From Gemmatimonadota bacterium (GTDB lineage: Bacteria; Latescibacterota; UBA2968; UBA8231): a DNA stretch of 64,000 nucleotides. Below the pieces are notes generated by a model, which saw only the letters and a program-made list of their open reading frames with translations, ran no database searches and was not told the DNA's origin. Position numbers and translations under genes: made by a program. Of this stretch, positions 10,111 to 19,559 are shown in pieces; position 1 is the first letter of the stretch, and each line of letters opens with the position of its first letter. Where the stretch lies: positions 1-64,000 of the forward strand of contig JAYOYH010000007.1 in the NCBI GenBank assembly GCA_038153405.1. The letters are read 5' to 3'.

Positions 10111-11037
10111 ATGAAAAAGCTAATGGTAGATTATAGTAAGCTTTTTTCCGGCTTAAAAAGTAAACCTACAAGTTATAAAACCTTGGCAGATAAGTATGAA
10201 TGGGAGAAACGGGATGTTGAACAGAATTATAAAGGGCGGCGCTATGACGAATTCAACAATTATATGGACAATGTTTTACGAGGAGAAGAGGGTAAATTAA
10301 TCGTCGAATGTGGGTGTGGCTTGGGCCCCAATTTGTTGCGTTTCGCAGATAAAAATATTTGCATCGGCTTTGATTTTAGTAAGGTTGCACTCAATAAGTT
10401 ACATTCCCATACGGATAAAGTGAGAGTTGCGCGCACAGACATATTGCATCTACCCGTACGTGAAGATAGTGTTGATTTCGTAGTTTTTTCACTTGTGCTT
10501 TTTGTTTTTGAAGACCTGAAAATGACGTCCAGACTTCTCATGGAGGCACAGCGTATTTTACGTCCAGGTGGGAAAGTCATCATTGTAAACGACTATTGTA
10601 ACTATGGTGTTAATTTATGCAACATTTTTAGTCGAACCATAATTGACTTTTTTTATAGTGTTATTTCTTGGGTTTATCCTCAGCGGAGAGAGTTCATTTG
10701 TTATTATTTTTCACTATGCGATATGCGTTCTCTTTTGGACGAAGCAAATTTGACTTTGAAGGATTCAAAACTATGTGACTTGCACCAAGGAATTTATCAT
10801 TTAACATACTTAAATTTTGCTTTCGCAGTATTATTTCGTAGTTATCGAAAACACAAAATGCTCAAAGATAAGGACCATTGGCAGCGGGTAGAAAATGCTC
10901 GTGACATAAACGATGCTTATCCTTTAAATTGGCTAGGGCGACAGTTTCGAGACACTATCGTTCAGAGGTTTCCTCAAGTTGCAGCCCTGAGGTTATGTTG
11001 TTTAGCTGAAAAGAAAATTGATGTCAAAAAAATCTAA
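10111..11037 (+). CDS. Class I SAM-dependent methyltransferase (low GC)
   Basis: VECGCGLG, GFDFS, DILHLP...SVD, RILRPGG. Confidence 0.82.
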   Translation: MKKLMVDYSKLFSGLKSKPTSYKTLADKYEWEKRDVEQNYKGRRYDEFNNYMDNVLRGEEGKLIVECGCGLGPNLLRFADKNICIGFDFSKVALNKLHSHTDKVRVARTDILHLPVREDSVDFVVFSLVLFVFEDLKMTSRLLMEAQRILRPGGKVIIVNDYCNYGVNLCNIFSRTIIDFFYSVISWVYPQRREFICYYFSLCDMRSLLDEANLTLKDSKLCDLHQGIYHLTYLNFAFAVLFRSYRKHKMLKDKDHWQRVENARDINDAYPLNWLGRQFRDTIVQRFPQVAALRLCCLAEKKIDVKKI

Positions 11038-11135
11038 GCTTTAGATATTGTTATTTTTTATATATGACAATACTGCTTTTGGCAGTTTTGCAAATTTAAA
11101 TTGTTATTTCCTTGTAGGAGGGTAATGTATAAAAT

Positions 11136-12224
11136 TTGCTGAATGGAAGCACATTGCCAATTCGTGATAAGAAAATATGGTACTCTGTTGCAATATTGGA
11201 GATTTTGGCTGTTTCCATTAGTATTTTCTTTACTTTCTCAAACCCTTCTCTAATTCTTTTCCTTCTCTTCTTCTTTTTTATCGCATTATTGGTTATTGTG
11301 AGTCTGCATCTTTTTAAACTTCCCATTTTTCCCTATGACCGTATTCTTAGTGCTGTTTCTACCGGTGACTTATCGAATTGGGAAAAAGAAAGTGGGATTC
11401 GTATAGATATTGCTGAGAATTATCAGGTCTACTATCCCAAAGTTGTTTCTTTGGATGATGGTTGGCGTATGTACTATAGAGGGGGTGGAAAAAGGGGAGG
11501 GATAGTTAGTGCCTTTTCCAGAGATGGTCTCAAGTGGAATCCCGAACCTGGGTTTAGGGTCAACGTAGAATGTTGTGCCAATAGTATTGTAAGAGTAGAA
11601 GGGTGCGAAGTAATAAAAAATTGTGAAAATAGTTGGCGATTATACTACTCTGCGACCGATGGTAATCGTTGGCGCATATATCTATGTCATTCAAATGATG
11701 GGTTATATTGGGATAATCATAGTTTGTGTATAAACACTCCCAACAATGATGAATATCAAGGTGTTAAGGCTCCAAGCATTGTGTATTCAAATGGTATATG
11801 GAAAATGTTTTTTATGAGATTTTTTAAATCAAACATACGCATATATACAAGTTTTTCCACCGATGGTATAAGTTGGTCAAAAATGTCAGAGTGTGTGGGT
11901 ATTTGTTCCCCTTTAGCTTGGGTTCGAAACCCTTTCGTAATATCTAACCCCGACGGTACGCTTCGCATGTTTTTTTCAGAGCGAGAATATAGTTCAGATC
12001 CACTGAATGCAAAGATCATGAGTGCAGTCTCATCTGATGGAATACACTGGCATCGTGAAGAGGGAGTTCGTATCGCTTCTGGTACTGGCTATGATCGCCA
12101 CGGTATCTTTAATGTCGATATTGTACCAATTGAGACAGGCTATAGAATGTACTACACAGGTTATTGGGGCCGCCACTTACTCGAACCATTGACCCTACGC
12201 TATTACCGCAAAAGGCGGGAATGA
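11136..12224 (+). CDS. Membrane-anchored beta-propeller protein, glycoside hydrolase 43/32/130-like fold
   Basis: Two N-terminal hydrophobic segments and about five repeats of (W/Y)RMYY...S.DG..W..E.G.RI. The start codon is uncertain. Confidence 0.6.
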   Translation: MLNGSTLPIRDKKIWYSVAILEILAVSISIFFTFSNPSLILFLLFFFFIALLVIVSLHLFKLPIFPYDRILSAVSTGDLSNWEKESGIRIDIAENYQVYYPKVVSLDDGWRMYYRGGGKRGGIVSAFSRDGLKWNPEPGFRVNVECCANSIVRVEGCEVIKNCENSWRLYYSATDGNRWRIYLCHSNDGLYWDNHSLCINTPNNDEYQGVKAPSIVYSNGIWKMFFMRFFKSNIRIYTSFSTDGISWSKMSECVGICSPLAWVRNPFVISNPDGTLRMFFSEREYSSDPLNAKIMSAVSSDGIHWHREEGVRIASGTGYDRHGIFNVDIVPIETGYRMYYTGYWGRHLLEPLTLRYYRKRRE

Positions 12225-12228
12225 GTTA

Positions 12229-12972
12229 ATGAACCAACCTAATTTGGAGGATGGGATTTGCACTGGGGTTCCAGGCAGCAACAACCAAGATTTCCGTACG
12301 ATTCCTTCCCTGTGGCCGGACCTTTCAGGCCGGGTCGTTTTGGATCTGGGATGTGGTAGTGGACTCTACAGCCATGAGTTCGCTAGGCGAGGCGCAAGAA
12401 TGGTTGTAGGAATTGATCTGAATCGGAATACTCTAAAACAAATAAGCAAACAGGAGCGACTTCAAGGGGCCTATTTTATTTGTGCCGATGCTGAATTTTT
12501 ACCCTTCAGCAAAGAAGTTTTTGATGTAGTCTTGTCAGTCGAAGTATTGACGCATATTCCACCTACTGTGCGATATGGCGTTTTTGCTGCTGTGCAGAAA
12601 GTTCTGAAAGAAGATGCCTATGCATTCTTCAGCTTGCACAACCGATTTCGCTTGCATTTAGGTCGTTGGCTGCGTTTGCAAAAGGCAAGAGAATCCTACC
12701 CAACGAGTAATCTAACGGTTTGGCCCTTATCGCCAGAAAAGGCTAAGAGCGTACTCGCAGGACTTGGATTTCTACGGTTTGAACCGATTCGCTACTTAAA
12801 CTACCACAGCCGTTTTAGTCACGCTTTTTACGTGGCCCATCCCCATTGGTCCAGATTACTAATCGCAGTGGAGGGATTACTCTGTCACCTACCTTTCTTG
12901 CGTCGCTTAGCCATTACTTTTTTGATAACAGCTCGCAAGATGAATCCGAAATCTAAATATTCTCCAATATGA
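12229..12972 (+). CDS. Class I SAM-dependent methyltransferase
   Basis: VLDLGCGSG, DAEFLPF...FDVVLSVEVLTH. Confidence 0.85.
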   Translation: MNQPNLEDGICTGVPGSNNQDFRTIPSLWPDLSGRVVLDLGCGSGLYSHEFARRGARMVVGIDLNRNTLKQISKQERLQGAYFICADAEFLPFSKEVFDVVLSVEVLTHIPPTVRYGVFAAVQKVLKEDAYAFFSLHNRFRLHLGRWLRLQKARESYPTSNLTVWPLSPEKAKSVLAGLGFLRFEPIRYLNYHSRFSHAFYVAHPHWSRLLIAVEGLLCHLPFLRRLAITFLITARKMNPKSKYSPI

Positions 12973-14117
12973 AACGTCTCGTTGTTTTTCCCGCCGACCC
13001 TCTGTATAAATATGTGGCGAAAGGCGAAATAAAAACCCGTTATTGGAATCCGTGTGGAATTTTTGATGAAGTGCATATTGTTTCTCTTGCCGAAAGCGAC
13101 GTCGACGCCGATCAAGTTCAAGAAGTAGTGGGTAATGCTCGTCTGCATGTGCACTCAGTGGGCCGACCTCGGGCGTGGTCCCTATGGGCCTACTACGCGC
13201 GCGTAAAACGACTTGTTAAAGATATTTCTCCAGATCTGATACGTGCCCATGGACCATGGCATACGGGAAGTTTGGCGGTGTTTGCTGGCAAATCTTTGGG
13301 TATTCCCTGCGTCGTATCTGTACATAACGATCGCGATGCGCAGCGATCTTACGATCGACGTCCGATTTTACGGATGGTCAAGCCGTTGGAAAATTACACA
13401 CTAAGCAACGCAACGGTAGTGATATGCGTCAGTAACTATTTGCACCACTATGCGCGGCGACATGGGGCTAAAAATACGTTCACCGTCTATAACAAAGTCT
13501 ATATGGAGCAATTCCTCCATGAGCGATCTGATCTTAAGACCGACCAATTGCCCACGGTCCTTTCCGTTATGCGACTAGATCGCCAAAAATATCCGGAATG
13601 CATTATAGAGGCACTGGTTGACTTACCTATTAAATTGAAACTCATCGGCCAGGGAGAATTGCAGGACAGTCTGGACAAATTGGTTCGCTCGCTGGGCATG
13701 GATGAGCGCGTGACATTCATACCCATGGTGCCGAATCGCGAAATCCACGAGCACTACCACCAGGCAGATATATTTGCTATGGCTACGCACTACGAGGGAT
13801 TTTGCATTCCGATATTAGAAGCCATGGCCGCTGGTTTGCCGATTGTAGCCTGTGATACGGAGCCAATCCCCGAACTCATCGGAGAGGCCGGTTTAATCGC
13901 TGAGAAGACTCCCGAGGCCTTTGCTGCCGCGTTCGAAAAATTGCTTAACGATCCGGTTGAAGCCGCGAGGTTTGGTTCTAGTGCGCGCGATCGTGCGCGC
14001 CAATTGGCTGGAGATCGCATGGAAGAGCGCGAAGCAATGCTCTACGATGCAATTATTTCACAACGCCAGGGTGCGCTCGAAGATTTACTCGACGATGCTA
14101 ACCGATTTATTTACTAA
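12969..14117 (+). CDS. Glycosyltransferase family 4 (GT-B)
   Basis: RLDRQK, EGFCIPILEAMAAGLPIV (EX7E motif); ATGA coupling. Confidence 0.9.
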   Translation: MKRLVVFPADPLYKYVAKGEIKTRYWNPCGIFDEVHIVSLAESDVDADQVQEVVGNARLHVHSVGRPRAWSLWAYYARVKRLVKDISPDLIRAHGPWHTGSLAVFAGKSLGIPCVVSVHNDRDAQRSYDRRPILRMVKPLENYTLSNATVVICVSNYLHHYARRHGAKNTFTVYNKVYMEQFLHERSDLKTDQLPTVLSVMRLDRQKYPECIIEALVDLPIKLKLIGQGELQDSLDKLVRSLGMDERVTFIPMVPNREIHEHYHQADIFAMATHYEGFCIPILEAMAAGLPIVACDTEPIPELIGEAGLIAEKTPEAFAAAFEKLLNDPVEAARFGSSARDRARQLAGDRMEEREAMLYDAIISQRQGALEDLLDDANRFIY

Positions 14118-15894
14118 TACGGTAGCAACTAACAACACTCTTTTCTCAGGACAGCTGGGTTGGAAGCACTGGGTAGGAGTGTCCTTTCTCCTTTTTGTTG
14201 TGTTATTGGCCGCCTACGGTCAAAGTCTGAGCAACCCCTTCCACTACGACGACCTGCATTCTATACGTGACAATCCACACATCCGTACCCTAGAAAACAT
14301 CCCCGCCTTTTTTGTGCGCCCAGACTATTTTACCGCCGACCCACGCTCGGCGATGTACCGGCCGCTGGTGCTCGTTAGCTATGCGCTCAACTATGCCTTG
14401 GACAAATTACAAGTCCAATCGTATCATTGGGTTAACATAGGTATTCACGCATTCAATAGCGCCCTGTTGGTCGCGTTGGCGCGGATGCTGTTGGGCGGAC
14501 TGCTGGCGCCCCTGCTGGCCGGATTCATCTTTGCGCTGCATCCGGTAAACAGCGAGGTCGTCAATTATATCAGCAGTCGCTCGGAATCGCTCTGTGCGTC
14601 GTTTTTTCTGAGCAGCTGTATCGCCTATTTTCAGGCACGGCAAGCAACGCGTTGGCCAGTACCGCTCTTTGGCCTATCTCTCCTGGCCTTTGTCGGCGCG
14701 CTGCTGTGTAAATCGGTTGCCGTCGTTTTGGTGCCGCTGTTGGTGCTTGGCGAGTGGCTTCTGCGCGGCCCAAAGCCGTCTCTGCGCACCCTGACGGCGC
14801 GTCTTTCTCCCTTTCTCCTCGTTGCTGTTGTATACGTTGCCGGCATGCGCCACATGCTGCACACCGCGCTAGTGGATGCGCCGGTGCGCGATCTATGGAC
14901 GCAGTGGGCGACGCAGACCAAGGCGCTGGTATACTATGCTAAACTGTTGGCCTTTCCTTGGGCGCTCAATGTCGAGCACCAGTTTTTCCTAGGCCGATGG
15001 GATTGGGCTGTTGGGCTAAGCGCCGCAGTTGTGTTGGCCGCTCTTGTCTTTATTGGGCGCAGCGGGCCACTGGCGCGCGGCATGGCGCTGGGTTTTTTGC
15101 TGGTGCTGGCGCCGACGTTTTTCGTGCCGCTCAACGTATTGGTCAACGAGCATCGCCTCTACATTCCCTCGGCGGCTTTTGCCGTGGGGCTGGCTGCAGC
15201 CATGCAGGGCCTGGTGCGGAGCACGCGCTGGGGCGCCGTTTGCGTAGTGCTTTGGTTGCTGGTCTATGCGGGGTTGGATATTCGGCGGACGGCGCAGTGG
15301 AACAGCGCCGAAGCCCTTTGGGGGGCTTCGCTTGCCCGCTCGCCGCAGATGCCGCGTCCGCATATATACATGGGCAATGCGCTGCGCGAGAGCGGTCGCA
15401 ACAGAGAGGCGCTGCAGCACTATGCGCGGGCGCTAACGGTAAATCCGCGCGTGCTCAGCGGGGGCGATATGGTGGCGGTATTCAACAATATGGGAGCTGT
15501 CTATTTGGCCATGCAGCAGCTGGATGCGTCGATTGCAGCCTACGAGCGGGCCCTGCAAATTGATTCGGATTATGCCCCGGCCAGAGCGGGCTTGGAAGGG
15601 GCTCTTGCGCTCCGGGCAGGCCGCGAGCGTGCAGGCGCTGTGGCCCTGCAAAAACAGGGCCTTCTCGCCCTCGTGCAAGGCGAATTGGACAAAGCCGTTG
15701 CGCTGCTGGAGCGCTCCGTGCAAGAGCAACCCTTGGCGCAGACCTATAGGGCGCTGGTCCAGGCCTATGAGCGCATGGGCGACGAAGAGGGCATGCGCAG
15801 GGCGTATCGCAGGCTTATAGAACTAGATCCGAACGGCGAGCGGGGGGCCGAAGCGCGCTCAACGCTGCGCACCCTCGGGGAACGCGCAGAGTAG
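14095..15894 (+). CDS. TMTC-like GT-C membrane glycosyltransferase with C-terminal TPRs, paralog 1
   Basis: FHYDD, MYRPL, HPVNSEVVNYISSRSE, PLNVLVNEHRLY, many hydrophobic helices and TPR (NNMG) repeats. Start estimated at ATG 14095. Confidence 0.82.
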   Translation: MLTDLFTNTVATNNTLFSGQLGWKHWVGVSFLLFVVLLAAYGQSLSNPFHYDDLHSIRDNPHIRTLENIPAFFVRPDYFTADPRSAMYRPLVLVSYALNYALDKLQVQSYHWVNIGIHAFNSALLVALARMLLGGLLAPLLAGFIFALHPVNSEVVNYISSRSESLCASFFLSSCIAYFQARQATRWPVPLFGLSLLAFVGALLCKSVAVVLVPLLVLGEWLLRGPKPSLRTLTARLSPFLLVAVVYVAGMRHMLHTALVDAPVRDLWTQWATQTKALVYYAKLLAFPWALNVEHQFFLGRWDWAVGLSAAVVLAALVFIGRSGPLARGMALGFLLVLAPTFFVPLNVLVNEHRLYIPSAAFAVGLAAAMQGLVRSTRWGAVCVVLWLLVYAGLDIRRTAQWNSAEALWGASLARSPQMPRPHIYMGNALRESGRNREALQHYARALTVNPRVLSGGDMVAVFNNMGAVYLAMQQLDASIAAYERALQIDSDYAPARAGLEGALALRAGRERAGAVALQKQGLLALVQGELDKAVALLERSVQEQPLAQTYRALVQAYERMGDEEGMRRAYRRLIELDPNGERGAEARSTLRTLGERAE

Positions 15895-15896
15895 GG

Positions 15897-17675
15897 GTGA
15901 GTGCGCCATCGGTCAGGGCATTTATCTTGATGGCCCTCGTGGGGGGAGGGCTCTATTGGGGTGCACTTAACAATCCGTTCCACTTTGACGATCTGCACTC
16001 CATTCGCCACAATCCCCATATCCGCTCGCTGGCCAATGTGCCGAGTTTTTTCGTCGATTTACACACGTTTTCCAGCGAGCGCGCGGGAACGATGTTTCGT
16101 CCCCTGCTGCTGTGCTCGTATGCCCTCAACTATGCGCTGCACGGGGAGTGGGTTGGCGGCTTTCGCCTTGTTAACCTAGGGCTGCACATCGCCTGTGCAC
16201 TCCTCGTCTGGCGCTTGGTGCAGGTATGGGGTGGTGTTCGCGGGATGGCCCACGTGGTGGGCGGCTTGGTCCTCTTACATCCGCTTGCCGCCGAGCCGGT
16301 TAATTACATCAGCAGTCGCTCCGATATGCTAGCGGCCTTTTTCGTCCTTTGCGCTCTCCAGAGTATCCATATCGGTGCTGGGCCGAGAGCGTGGAAGGTG
16401 CTGGCACCCTTTCTGTGCGGGCTGCTGGTCAAGTCGGTAGCCATCGTCCTGCCCGGACTGGGCTTGTTGGGCCTGCGCGGTGACTGGCGCCGGCGCGCAA
16501 AGAATTATTGGGGAATCTTTGCCGGGATGGGCGGGCTGGCGTTGGTCTACGTTGGCGTGATTACTGCCAACCGCTTCCTGTCTAGCTCGCTGGCGAAGGC
16601 GCCGCGCGCCTTTGACGTCAACGCGTGGACGCAGATCAAGGCCTGGGTATATGCGCTGTGGCTGGTCGTCGCGCCTGTCCACCTAAGCGTAGACCACCTC
16701 TTTTTCGAAGCGCGCAGCCTTGGCGATGCCGCGGTGCTCAGCGCCGGCTGCCTGCTGCTATCGCTGCTCGTCGTTGGCGCCAATAGCTATCGGCGCTGGT
16801 GGGGGATGGGGCTACTGTGGTGGTTTATCGCCCTGGCGCCCTACGCCTTTATTCCCCTCAACATCATGGTGAGCGAGCGGAGGGTATACTTGGCCAGCGC
16901 AGGGCTTATGTTGGTTATCGGGTGGGCTCTGTGGGACCTAGTGCAACGGCATGGATCTACTGGGCGTGCGGTGTTGTGCGCAGCAGCCGTTTCCTTTATC
17001 GCCCTCGTATCGGCGCGCAATGCGGTATGGGCCAGTGATATTGCCCTGTGGGAGGACGCGCTGCGCGACGGGGCCATACAGCCGCGGGCGCGGGTAAACC
17101 TCGCCCTAGCCTACGGGCGTGCCGACCGCTGGGACGACGCCCATACGCAGCTCGTAGAGGCGCTCCGACAGTCGCCTGACTTTGCCGATGCTTGGGTCGA
17201 ATTAGGCAATATTGAACATCAAATGGGGCGGTTGGACGCGGCACAGCAGGCCTATGAGCGGGCCATTGCCGCGCAGTCCTGGCTAGCTGGAGCCCACTAC
17301 AATTTGGGCAATGTATACTTAGCTAAGGGCGAAGCGGCGCGTGCGGTCAAAAGCTATGCGCGCGCCCTTGAGTTAAACCCCAATTTCGCCATGGCCCATA
17401 ACAACTGGGCGCAGGCAACGGAAGCGCTGGGCGCCGAAGGCGATGCGCTAGGGGGCTACCGACGCGCGCTGGCCATTGACCCGCAGCAGCCGCAGGCGTG
17501 GTTTAACCTAGCTCAGTCGCTCGAAGCGCAGGGAGCGAGCGCCGATGCGGTGCGCTCGTATGAGAAGGCCTATGAGCTTTTGCTGGCCGCGGAGGACTAC
17601 GATGAAAATGCCCAGTATCGCGAATTTGCCGCCCGCGCCCGCGCGGCAGCGCGACGCTTGGGCGTGGAAGAATAG
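15897..17675 (+). CDS. TMTC-like GT-C/TPR protein, paralog 2
   Basis: FHFDD, MFRPL, HPLAAEPVNYISSRSD, PLNIMVSERRVY, RNAVW; TPRs. Confidence 0.82.
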   Translation: MSAPSVRAFILMALVGGGLYWGALNNPFHFDDLHSIRHNPHIRSLANVPSFFVDLHTFSSERAGTMFRPLLLCSYALNYALHGEWVGGFRLVNLGLHIACALLVWRLVQVWGGVRGMAHVVGGLVLLHPLAAEPVNYISSRSDMLAAFFVLCALQSIHIGAGPRAWKVLAPFLCGLLVKSVAIVLPGLGLLGLRGDWRRRAKNYWGIFAGMGGLALVYVGVITANRFLSSSLAKAPRAFDVNAWTQIKAWVYALWLVVAPVHLSVDHLFFEARSLGDAAVLSAGCLLLSLLVVGANSYRRWWGMGLLWWFIALAPYAFIPLNIMVSERRVYLASAGLMLVIGWALWDLVQRHGSTGRAVLCAAAVSFIALVSARNAVWASDIALWEDALRDGAIQPRARVNLALAYGRADRWDDAHTQLVEALRQSPDFADAWVELGNIEHQMGRLDAAQQAYERAIAAQSWLAGAHYNLGNVYLAKGEAARAVKSYARALELNPNFAMAHNNWAQATEALGAEGDALGGYRRALAIDPQQPQAWFNLAQSLEAQGASADAVRSYEKAYELLLAAEDYDENAQYREFAARARAAARRLGVEE

Positions 17676-17687
17676 GGGATAGAGCGC

Positions 17688-19559
17688 ATGTGTGGAATTG
17701 CAGGGATCGCGCATAGGGACTGGGACAGGGCCGTCGACGAGACCCTGCTGCGCGCCATGGCCGATACGATGCACTACAGGGGCCCCGACGACAGCGGTAT
17801 TTGGTTGGGGAAGGGCGTTGGATTGGGTCACCGGAGACTCAGCATTATCGATATTGCTGGGGGGCATCAGCCAATGACGTCCGGTCAATCGGGACTGTGG
17901 ATTACCTACAACGGTGAGATATATAATTACCTAGAGCTGCGCCAAGAGCTCAGCGCGGAGGGCTACGAGGCCGTCTCGCGCTCCGATACGGAAGTGCTGC
18001 TGCACATGTTTCAGCGCTACGGCAAGGACTGCCTGCACCGCCTCAACGGCATGTTTGCCTTTGCCATTTGGGACAGCGCTCGGCGGCAGCTCTTTGCCGC
18101 GCGCGACCGCTTGGGCATCAAGCCGTTTTACTACGCGGAGATTGACGGCGCACTGCTCTTTGCTTCTGAGATCAAGGCGCTGCTGCAGCATCCGCAGGTG
18201 CAGGCGGAAATCGACTTTGAGGCACTGCAAGACTATTTGGATCTGCAGTACTGCCTTGGGGATAAAACCCTATTTAAAGGCATAAAGCGCCTGCTGCCCG
18301 GGCAGTGTCTTACCTGGAGCGACGGAACGCTCGCGATAGAGACCTACTGGGATTTGAGCTTTGAACCGGCGGCGCGTGCAGGGGAGCCCGAAGAGCTATT
18401 GGACCTGCTGCGCGACGCGGTGCGGCTGCGCTTGCGCAGCGATGTGCCGTTGGGCACGCACTTGAGCGGCGGGCTCGATTCGAGTGCCATCGCCTGTTTG
18501 GCCGCACCCCAACTCGGCGCGCCGCTGTCCGTTTTTACCGGCGGCTTTGCCGTGGCCGAGCGCTACGACGAATCGCGCTATGCCCGCCTCGTGGCCGAGT
18601 CGCTGGGGGCGCAGTACTACCAGGTATTTCCCTCGGCGTCCGATCTGGCCAACAGCTTTGCCGACATGGTCTACTACCTCGATGAGCCAGTGGCCGGTGC
18701 CGCGGTCTTCCCCCAGTATTTTCTTTCCAAACTAGCGGCCCAACACGTTAAGGTCGTGCTGGGAGGGCAGGGCGGTGACGAGCTCTTTTGCGGCTATACG
18801 CGCTATTTGATTGGCTATGTAGAAAGCTGTTTGCAAAAGGCGATCTACGGTCATGCGCCACTAGTGGGCGATGAGTCGCTGAGCCATATCGAGGACAGCC
18901 TGACCTACTTGCGCGGCTTTGAGCCGACGATGCAGAAGCTCTTTGCCAGCGATCTCTTTGCTGCACCGGGTGCCCGCTACTATCGACTCCTACAGCGCTC
19001 GCAGGATATGGAGGGCATTCTCGCCGACGATAGTTGGCGCGCTGGTGGCTATTCGACTGCCGAGGCCTTTTGCGCCGAGTTTGACGGCGTGCAGAGCGAT
19101 CACCTCATCGACCGGATGTTGTATATCGACATCAAGAACCACCTGCAATCGCTGCTGCACCTAGAAGACCGGACGAGCATGGCCGCTTCGCTCGAATCGC
19201 GCCTGCCGCTGCTCGACTACCGCATCGTAGAATACGCCCTCGCCCAACCCGCTGCGCTGCGCTTTGCCGGCGGCCGTCCCAAACACCTGCTAAAAGAGGC
19301 CGTGCGCGGCGTAGTGCCGCGAGCCATTGTCGAGCGCAAAGACAAGATGGGCTTTCCCGTGCCCATATTCGAGTGGTTTGGCGGTGAATTAAAAGAGTAT
19401 GTCGAGGATATCCTGCTGGGGCAGCGCACGCGCACGCGCGGATTTTTCGATATGGCCAGTGTTGAACGCAGCGTGCGCAGCGAGAAGCCCTTCGGGCGCA
19501 CGGTGTGGGGACTGCTATCCCTCGAACTGTGGTTTCGCCAGTTTTTTGATGGCCGTTGA
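17688..19559 (+). CDS. asnB: Asparagine synthase (glutamine-hydrolyzing) family amidotransferase, likely glycan-amidating
   Basis: N-terminal MCGIAG, HRRLSIID, YNGEIYNY, ARDRLGIKP, LSGGLDSS, GQGGDELF, KMGFPVP. Confidence 0.92.
   Translation: MCGIAGIAHRDWDRAVDETLLRAMADTMHYRGPDDSGIWLGKGVGLGHRRLSIIDIAGGHQPMTSGQSGLWITYNGEIYNYLELRQELSAEGYEAVSRSDTEVLLHMFQRYGKDCLHRLNGMFAFAIWDSARRQLFAARDRLGIKPFYYAEIDGALLFASEIKALLQHPQVQAEIDFEALQDYLDLQYCLGDKTLFKGIKRLLPGQCLTWSDGTLAIETYWDLSFEPAARAGEPEELLDLLRDAVRLRLRSDVPLGTHLSGGLDSSAIACLAAPQLGAPLSVFTGGFAVAERYDESRYARLVAESLGAQYYQVFPSASDLANSFADMVYYLDEPVAGAAVFPQYFLSKLAAQHVKVVLGGQGGDELFCGYTRYLIGYVESCLQKAIYGHAPLVGDESLSHIEDSLTYLRGFEPTMQKLFASDLFAAPGARYYRLLQRSQDMEGILADDSWRAGGYSTAEAFCAEFDGVQSDHLIDRMLYIDIKNHLQSLLHLEDRTSMAASLESRLPLLDYRIVEYALAQPAALRFAGGRPKHLLKEAVRGVVPRAIVERKDKMGFPVPIFEWFGGELKEYVEDILLGQRTRTRGFFDMASVERSVRSEKPFGRTVWGLLSLELWFRQFFDGR

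Noticed and set aside
13921..14094. Long N-terminal extensions given by the ORF track for paralogs 1, 3, 5 and 6 and several other genes
   Set aside because: They overlap upstream genes extensively. Downstream starts with an RBS or stop/start coupling align with the other paralogs.
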